Source: Ophelia neglecta
Taxonomy: Eukaryota
NCBI GenBank assembly: GCA_965285935.1
Contig: OZ260664.1
Span: forward strand, 45,756,001 to 45,820,000
Direction: 5' to 3'
Length of the DNA stretch: 64,000 nucleotides
A program made the position numbers and the translations under genes. Position 1 is the stretch's first letter, and every line of letters begins with the position of its first letter. The notes beneath the pieces were generated by a model. The model saw only the letters and a program-made list of their open reading frames with translations. It had not been told where the DNA came from and did not search any database. This document shows positions 55,201 through 64,000 of this stretch, one piece after another.

Positions 55201-58200
55201 TTTACTGTAAAAATATTGTAATATGTAAATACAGCTATACATTGACCTATTTAAATTACTGTTAACTACAATTCATGCATTTTACAGAGTCTACTGGTAT
55301 GGCCCTGTGCCCAGAAACCATAAGACAATCGCTAAAATGCATTATACAAATTTCTGGGGGATGAAATATTGAAAAATGATAAAAAATGATGATGATGAGA
55401 GTAGCATTTTTAAGGGACTCAGCTTCTCATGTATGTTAAGTTCAAAGGCTTTAAAAAAATCTGAGGGAACATTCATGAAATGAAATAACAGGATTGCTTA
55501 GTTTTTAAAATGTGATCAGTATTTTAAAAGAATCAACCACAATGTGTATATAAAATAACATAGAAAAAGAGTCTTGTAATAAACCGTCGTCTGCCAGCCA
55601 GTGTCCTGTTAAATGAGCCCTTCACTGTTACTTATGAACTTGATGTACTTAAGGCATGAATGGCTTATGATTATACATTCAGAATGCTTTTTAGAAAACT
55701 AAAGACGGAGTTAAACTTTACCAACTGTACAGGCAGTGGAGGGATTTTAGTTTCTGGACTATTTATTATTTAACTTGGTCCCTTTCCTCAGGCTGATTTT
55801 CCAGTTTTCAGTAACCTCAATACATTATTCCATAATAACAACAAGTATTACAATTGTTTTGCATATATGTAGTTTAGAAAAATCATGTCTTTGTATTCAG
55901 TTGACATTTTGCTCATGTTAAAGGTGTGAACTTTTGTAATTAATAGACCACTAGAACTTACCTTTTGAAATTGGGCCGTACCTCTTTTGCTAGTGAGGAT
56001 TCTAATGACAAAATCATCCCAGCTCCCTGAAATTTATTTAATACTTTTTTTTTTATAAAAAATACCTTAGAAAACCATTTATAAATGTGACTGAGAGAAT
56101 ATAAAATTATAGCAGCCTCTATGGAACTATGTCGAGAACATACACAAATGGCAGATTTAGCTTATTGTGGGCCTAATGGTTGCCGAGTTATAGCCAAAAC
56201 AAATGGCGGCAGCAGCCTGATGCAAATCCCCTACTTTCTTTTCAAAAAAAAGGTAGGGGGCAAAATGGATGAATTGTCTCACCTCATAGCAGTATATAGA
56301 TATTGCCAAGAAAAATGGGAAGCCCTTCAGTGAGAAATTTTTAGGGTGTATTCTGAAAGATAATAGATGGCTACATTAAATCATTGTTCGTAATAAGGAT
56401 ACTACTTTGGATATCAATTGTTTTATGTTTCTAGGCTAATTGGGTCAACTTTATTATACACATGAACATGGCCATAAAGCATACTTTTTATAAAAAATCA
56501 TAACAACCAAAATGATTTTAATATATAAATTTGTTTGCATTGATGCTACAAGATAATTATAAAGCATTTAAATATAAAGGTATGATACAGTAAAACAGAG
56601 CAATTGTTAGATTTATCATTAAATGTTAAAATCACATGTGCAGATAAGTTTTATATGTTATGAAACAAGGTTATCACTATGTCTACAGCCGCCACAACAT
56701 ATTATGTACAAGTATGTAACAAGACAATAATATTCCCTGGTGCGAAGAATCGATGACCACAAGGTTGAGAGGGGTTTGATGTTGTTATTTCTAGAACCTA
56801 TTTGGGAAATTTAATATTCCTCCCCTCCCACTCACCCCCCCCCCCCACAAGTTGCTCTATAACATAATTAACAGGTCAAAAAAATGTAAAGGGCTATTTG
56901 AGGGACAGGGGCCAGTCCCATAGACTGTTTTGGACATGATTTGAGTAGTTTAACCAAGTCTGTTACTTTTGAACTATGTAAATTGGCACAGCAACATACA
57001 GTTTCTCATCACTGAACTTTTGCCGTTACAATGAAACATGACTTAATATTGCAGCATTGTTTGAAAGAAATTTACAGTTGTCACCATGCAGAATAATGGG
57101 AAATTTGGAAAGATGTTTTCCACATTATTCAATAAAATTAATTAAGCACAAAATGAGAAACAAAACAGTCTGGTGTGGTAATTGGGCTTGTATGATTTAG
57201 ATTAATGGGGACAGACTGAAGACCAACAAGATGCAAAATGGATATAACACACTTGGTTGAAGGTGTTCATAACAATTATTTGGACCTTATAGCCTGTTGA
57301 GCAAAATTCTCAAGTTATAAAAACTCCCATAGAAACCACACCATTTTCACGGGTTTAAACAAGCATAAAAGTGGCAACTTAATATTTTTTCTACTTATAT
57401 TTCAAGGCATATTTGTAGATATTGGGGACAATTTAGACCTCCCCTTGGTCTGTGTGTAATCACATGCATTCGTGAAAGTACTAATTGCGAAATTTCATGA
57501 CTTTTCATTGCTTGGTGAACCTTATTTCGCACCATTTTTATTAAAACCTAAATGGGAACACTAAGTACTATACTGAGCAGAGCAACCTTCTCAGAGCACC
57601 AGACAATACTCAACAACTGGGGATATTGTTGCCACACTATTTTTTTTTCTCAAAATGATTTTTTGTGTACTAGAAAACTTTTTATAAAAAATCTTTAAAA
57701 TATAACTAAAAGAAAATGTATAGAGAAAATTAAACAATACCTAGCACCAAAGCACCCACATATACTGTAACTAGTGAAATAAAAACCAAAAGTCCAGAGG
57801 GTTGACTTAGTTGGAATGTTATATATTAAAATTAATTATCAAACCAATGGTTCATAATACTACCTCCTGCTCAAAGAAAACAATGCATATAATCTTTATT
57901 GTTCAATCACAAGAATACTGAAATTAATACCTCTGTTATGATATAGAATTTCACGATAGTCTATAGAAGCTTGCAAGTGTGAGATACTACTGCAAGTAAG
58001 CTTGGCAGTTATAAACAAGCCGGTGCAGTTATTCCATTTAGCCCCAATTCCTTTGACATTATTCTAAAAGGACTTGCACTCTTGCACTTAAGTGAGTCGT
58101 GGGACTCACTCAATTTGAACAGTCATGATAGCATTAACTACATTAAGGACTCGGTATATTTTTCATAAAGACTCGCATTGTTTTCACCATCGAGTCCTGG

Positions 58201-61200
58201 GACTCATGCCTCCAAATCAAAATGAATCACTGAGGCGCCCGTTAAATTTTGGTTAATTAGTTTCTCCACACAGATAAATCATTCAATGACTCACACAATA
58301 TTAGTCCTATTAGAAATACGGACTATCAATGTATAAGGACTTGAAAGAAAAACAAAGTTACAAGATAAACCTATGGCAGGAAGAAGAACACTGTTATCTT
58401 ATACGTTAAAATATTTTAATATTTTCAAGGATCAAATAAAATGTTAAAAAAGGGGCCTAATTAGTATATATCTACTATTTATTATACAAGCTTATACACT
58501 TAATCTTTGGGAATTAATAATGCCTACAAAAACCAATTACATTATTGAATAAAACAAACAAATGACTTGGAAAGAATGAAACTTACTCAATTTTGCTGAG
58601 GTGCTCAAAGTCAAACCAGAATACAACAGTGAATGCCATCAGGCTAGACACCTGAGCAAATAAACTGAAACACATACAATATCATTGTTTAATTGTCACA
58701 TGAAACAATTAACAAATCATGCTGCAAGCAAATCAAATGTTCAAGGTAGATGCGCATGTTCAGTACGGTGTTGTGTAGTGTAAATTTATTACTATCAGTT
58801 TATTTTTAATATATTTGTTTAAAAGGAGGAAGGCAGGTCTGGACAGGAGGGAAATAAATATTTCTACATTTCATTGCTGAAAAAAATGAAGTTGCAGTGT
58901 TTTATTTCATAGTTGGGCCTTTTATATTTGAGGAGGAACTTGCTGTATAAATTACACACATGTCAATCAAACTGAAACTGATTCAAAATTAAAGTTTGAT
59001 CACTTAGGATCACTGTATGACTGAAACCTGTAACATTGCTTTCAGAAGAGGCTTGCTATTTCTTTGCTTAACCTTCTCAGACCTTACTATTTTGAGCAGT
59101 TGATTTAAAAACCAGTGGATAAGTGAAAGGCATACATGAAAACACATCCTAGCTTGCTTATTCTTGTCTATTCATTCCCTAATTCTTAGCTTGTTCTTTT
59201 TTTTTGTCTAGAAGAAATAATGTTTATAACATGTCTGAGAGTGTTGGCTTTGTCTAGTAATCCCACTTTGTCACTTGCACTTGTCCCTGCTTTGTTGGTT
59301 TTATTGTGCATTATGTTGAGATGAAAATAGATTCACATCTAATTGTTGGACTACACTTTATTAATTGCATTTAATCCAATTAAAAGCATGACCACTATGA
59401 TTTGAAATGACATGTTGTGAGACTTGTAATTGCATGGCCAAAAATATTAATAAACAACAATAGGACCATCACCTGTCAAAAACACAAACTTCTACTTCTG
59501 GGCTCTTGAAAAATGGTAGTATCTGTTGCATCCCTTCTGACTTTCAAACAGTTTTTTAACATATTTGATAATTGGGCTAAAACTGGTATCCTCAGCAAAT
59601 GAAATACTTTGTTTTCATTTTGTCTCATCAATAACCAATCCATATTCCTTAAGGAATATATTTTCTAAAGCAACATTATATTTTAAATCAAAATCTATGG
59701 CTTGAATTTTCGACACAAGCTAAAGCCATAATTCCATTGTATATAAGTAACCCGGTATTGGTATTTTGCATCACATGCCTACCGGTATTCAACTATATTT
59801 TAACAAAACAAGCCGACCTTATAAACAGGTGTTGCTTGGAAGCAAGTTAACTTATAATTTGAAGAGTGATCAATATCCAGATGTCAGCTGTCTCAAGTGG
59901 GCTCTAACTCCAATGTATAATCCTCATCATTTCAATACTTTCTGATAAGCTGGTGATTCAAGCCCTACTATTAAAGTTCATGTTTTCATGGTCAAGGAAC
60001 TAAAATAGCCAAACCAATGATATCTCTATATATTCTAAATGATCTTATATATTTAAATACTAGACAATGCAATCACCTGACATGGCACAGTAGATAGCTG
60101 TTAGACCAGCACAAACATTTATTGGACTGAATTTGTTTTAATGAAGATATAAAAGCCATTATAGATATATTGATTGGTGCATTCTTGTATTATCAATGAA
60201 ATTTACATACCTGATATCAATTCATAGCCTTTAGTTAAGTACTTTAATCTAAATATTGGTGGGCAAATAACATTGCAAAGAACACACTTCAAGCTGTTGC
60301 AGATTTAACACTTAGAAAAAATAACTATGACAATCTTATTCAATAAAAAATCAATGTTTACAAGGATTGTGTAGGATTATTTTAATAATGAATATTAAGT
60401 GATTATCCCCAGTACATACATGTATTCATTAAAAAACTCTTTTACATGTACATTGAAAAAAAGTGCCAAGACAGACTACTACTTTGAGTCTGTTGATAAA
60501 TGGGATGAACTCACCTTGATATGGCCAGTGTACTAAGGTGTCTTAGTAAGCACAGTAAGGCAAGGGGTGGTAATAAAATTAACAACCAGTGTCCTCTGTA
60601 ATGAAATTAATAAAAACTACAGTTCAACATAATGTCCAATAGATGAAAATACAAACATATAAGGACTGAATTTGAAACAGAAACACGAATGTTACAAAGT
60701 GGTTTACCGGTACATAATGCCCTGATTACCTGGTACTTACAATTTGACACCTTTTATATAATCTGATAAGTTTTCTGATATAAATATCAAGTAGGCACAG
60801 CAGAAACCTAAAATGAGAATGAAGACATTATTGAATATTTCAGCGAATTATCAGAAAATTCCTCTAGGGGTTGGTTACCTGGTGAGAAACACAAGCATGC
60901 AAAACATTGCAAAAAAGGAATAATAATAATATTTTGGAATCTGTGAGGTAAATATACAAAGAATAGAAGTGATGATTTTTAGACAGAAATGATAATATAC
61001 AATCACCTATTTGGGAAATTAATATGGATAATTCCACTGAGTACCTTCCTATATTTCCTATAGCATAGTAACCAACATCACCATAATTTAGATCGGTGTG
61101 TCCGGGAGCCTGTCAGACAGAAACATGAATACAGGGGATCAACTAAATATGGGTGACATATCATGTAAACTCTAATGATTAATTTTTTTTTTTTTTTTTT

Positions 61201-62657
61201 TTATTATTTATTATATACACTGTGTGAGTGTGTTAGCTTTAGGAGTGATGTTTTTACCTCTGGATTGGATGGTTCTTCGCTCTGAAGAATTTTAACTTTC
61301 ACTTCGGGCAGAACTCCATTGAGATCACTATTATGAGCATTCAAAAAGTTTTCATTTTCTTCAAGTGTTCCATTTACATTTTTAGTACTTTCTTTCCCAT
61401 TTTGCTCTGTCTTGTTGGTCAACATGTACTTGCAATCTATGATCAGCAGCATAGCCTTTACACTAGAATGAAATACAACATGGGTGACCAAAAAAATGAA
61501 TTAAAGTGATCATAAATTCTTTTTTTTTTTTTTACTTTATCCATACAACTTGGTCAGAAGCCTGACTTCCTGTAAAAAAATTTATATATAATCCAGTATT
61601 ATGATGCACACATTTAGTACAATTCTGCAAAGAACATGGTATCTTTGAGTGATAAACAAATTTTTATATCTGGAACCGTAAACTGCCTAGTTACTGACCT
61701 GATGCTACCCACTGCCACCATGATAAGAAATCCTTCAATGGCACCAGCCTGAAAGTAATACTTCAATGATACATGTACAATAATAACTTATATTTAGTCT
61801 TGGGAATTGGTTCGAAAATCAGAACCAATAATAGGTTTCCAAAAACCAACTGGTGATTGGTTGTAATAGATTGGTATACACATTGTAAACATTTGATAAA
61901 TGCTAATTTTCTTGAAATTTAAGGATGTTTTGGTAGCAAGGGATATTGTCCCTTTTAATTCAAGTTGTCTCAATCAGTAGTATTTTGCAAGGATTTTTCA
62001 CTGTTTTGAGACATATATGTGTATAAATAATCCTCGACGTTGTATTTCCAAATTAACGCATGTGTTAAAAAAAATATTTGAAGAGTTCCAGACACATTTG
62101 CCCCATTTGGCACATACAGAAAAGTTTCAGCCAAAAGTTTTGTATGGTACAGTGCACATGACCAATGGCATTCTGAATTCCTCGGGTCACTTCCAAAAAA
62201 AAGGAAAACTTTGTACCTTACTGCAGAATGATTTCTTGAGTTTTATTTTGTGGTCTTGGCGCACATTATTTTCTTGCCTCTTAAATATGGCTTTTTTTGT
62301 GGTAAATGAAATCCCATAAAGCTGATCTGATTAGAATTGTACTTTAACATCAAAGTTAAGCACGGTAGAAAAAAATAACAACACAAAGTGCTCATCATGT
62401 AAGGGTTGGCCAAAAATTGACCCCATGTATGTAAATCGCGGCTCAGAAAAACTGACCAATGCAACGCCACCTCCCCGTATACCAATATGATAGACAACCT
62501 CCCCCTCCCCCCCCCCCCCCCCCCCCCACGGTAACCTTACCTCTTTGAAGGCAAAGGGGAGACCTAACACTCCTGCACCTATGAATGATATGAAAATATT
62601 GGCCAGGATTTTCGTGGGACTCTTGGTTTTCCCCGATCCACCCGACGTTCCTGCCAT
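52201..62657 (-). CDS. AAAP/Aa_trans family amino acid transporter (SLC36/PAT- or AVT3/ANT1-like), complete, 506 aa; exons 62657-62541, 61748-61699, 61462-61258, 61109-61007, 60807-60741, 60595-60515, 58664-58587, 56352-56283, 56026-55962, 55182-55116, 54527-54479, 54026-53958, 53540-53470, 53255-53095, 52778-52719, 52408-52201
   Basis: Sixteen GT-AG exons with matching phases (1521 nt). Motifs ANIFISFIGAGVLGLPFAFKEAG, YGDVG, SQIGFCCAYLIFISENL, FPFFLAISIYCYEGAGMILSLE, GYMSFG.ET..IITLNLP, FFTYPVMMFPV, IPSFSNLMALIGATCCTMLAFTLPG are characteristic of the SLC36/AVT3 branch. The exact orthologue cannot be assigned without a phylogeny. Confidence 0.93.
56105..56265 (-). mobile_element. Non-autonomous Helentron/HINE-like fragment in transporter intron 8
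   Basis: Minus strand TTTTGCCCCCTACC-T run-GAAAAGAAAGTAGGGG (hairpin), then GCTGCTGCCGCCATTT. Confidence 0.45.
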
Positions 62658-62900
62658 TTCTAATTGTCAGCTCGTTAAATGATCAATGCATGTCACAAAT
62701 ACATTACACTGTGTTGCAAGAAATAAGCGGGACGGAATGAAAATGAGGAAAGAGTGGGCTGGTCCACGTTGGCCAAAATCAAAACAACTGTATCGGAAGT
62801 AACGTGACTTTGATACCGTCAATCTCGTCCGCAGGCGAGATTTCGTACGATAGTGACGATGATCCGGTTTGCAGACAGTTTCACATGGCATGTCCAACGT
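62658..62900 (-). promoter_or_regulatory. CpG-rich promoter/5' leader of the transporter
   Basis: Directly upstream of the ATG; dense CpG; CGGAAGT at 62794-62800 overlapping GTAACGTGAC at 62799-62808; CTCTTTCCTC on the minus strand at 62754-62745. Confidence 0.6.
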
Positions 62901-63559
62901 TCTGAAATTAAGACATTGTGTCTGTTATAAACGGAACCTGAGCTCTGCTATTTCGTTTTGTGGTAATTCAAAGCTTATGAAAATGATGAGTAGTTTTAAG
63001 AAACCAACCGTTTATGTCACCCGCCGTGTCCCGCTGATAAGCATTAATATGTTGCAAGCACACTGTGAAGTGCAGCAGTGGGACAGGTAGATAACATATA
63101 TATACAGTTCCAGGTCATAATTATTACACAGGGGTGCGTTGGGGGGGGGGGTTCCATGGACACATCAACATTGGATTGGCGGGGGGGGGGATTGTGTGGT
63201 TTTTAGCGGTAAGCTCATTTAAAAAAAAAATTAAAGAACTGTCCCTGTTTTTAATTTTTGCTTTCTATTAAATTAACAGATGACTGCTTTAGGCCAAATG
63301 CGCTAATCAGTTGTAACCCCCGTTTCCCTGGGTCATGGTGAGGACATTTATTTTAAGAAATTGGAAAATTTGGGATATCCCCTACCCCTACCCAACAGCG
63401 CAGTTTTTTAAAGATAATCTTCGAAGACACCACCAAGTATGTCACGAGAAAAATTTGGGAGAATGTGGTATTAGGCCTTATTCTCCCCCACTGCACTTTC
63501 ACATGGCTGTCGTCCAAACTCCTTGATCCTCAGAACTTGTACTGCACATATTGGGGTTT

Positions 63560-63810
63560 AGCTTAATATACTACTTAAGTTAATAAACAATAGATGTTGA
63601 TTTACTTTTTGGTGGAATCCGACAATGTTTAGTTGCTGTAGTAACTAAGAAGTCATATTGCATATATTGGGTTGTAGGCCTAGCAAATTTTTTTCCCAAG
63701 CAATTGCTTGTACACTGCTTACAATACTACTTAAGTTAATTAACAATAGTTGATGATTTACTTTTGGGTGTAATCCGACAATATTCAGTTGCCGTCGAAA
63801 TGCTAGACAA
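63560..63810 (+). repeat. Diverged duplication with 156-bp period
   Basis: TACTACTTAAGTTAAT.AACAATAG...GATTTACTTTT...AATCCGACAAT at 63569 and 63725. Confidence 0.75.
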
Positions 63811-64000
63811 ATAATGCCCAATTTCCAAATCAACTTCACTTCATTTGAACAGCTTGGCTATCACAATATATAGAGAGCTTATAGGAAATGATATAATGGG
63901 GTTACAATGGTGTAGGATGTGATCTTTTTTCAAGGTAAAATACCAAAAATTGCCAAAAAACGGGAATTTGTATTTCCTCAGCTCTTTGCATTTCAAGATG

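Overview
AT-rich animal genomic DNA with spliceosomal introns; repeat types suggest a lophotrochozoan, probably a mollusc (inference). Most ORF-track entries are noise. Manual splicing gives four genes: (1) the last three coding exons of YIPF5/Yip1 (+, 29087-35010), preceded by an apparent single intron of over 29 kb holding many minisatellites and decayed repeats; (2) complete 7-exon YIPF6 (-, 40966-36910), tail-to-tail with YIPF5; (3) complete 6-exon CCDC134 (+, 41386-47133), head-to-head with YIPF6 across 419 bp, with a U12-type first intron; (4) complete 16-exon AAAP-family (SLC36/AVT3-like) amino acid transporter (-, 62657-52201). Mobile DNA: a tRNA-derived SINE with TSD, three Tc1/mariner-type MITEs, a ~1.6-kb foldback element and Helentron-like fragments. 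Best hypotheses: layered nutrient/stress control at the 5' ends of the transporter and CCDC134, ancestral YIPF5-YIPF6 linkage, and a roughly 10-fold excess of TACATGTA that may be transposon excision footprints. No prokaryote-type system is present, and none of the regulatory ideas is proven from sequence alone.
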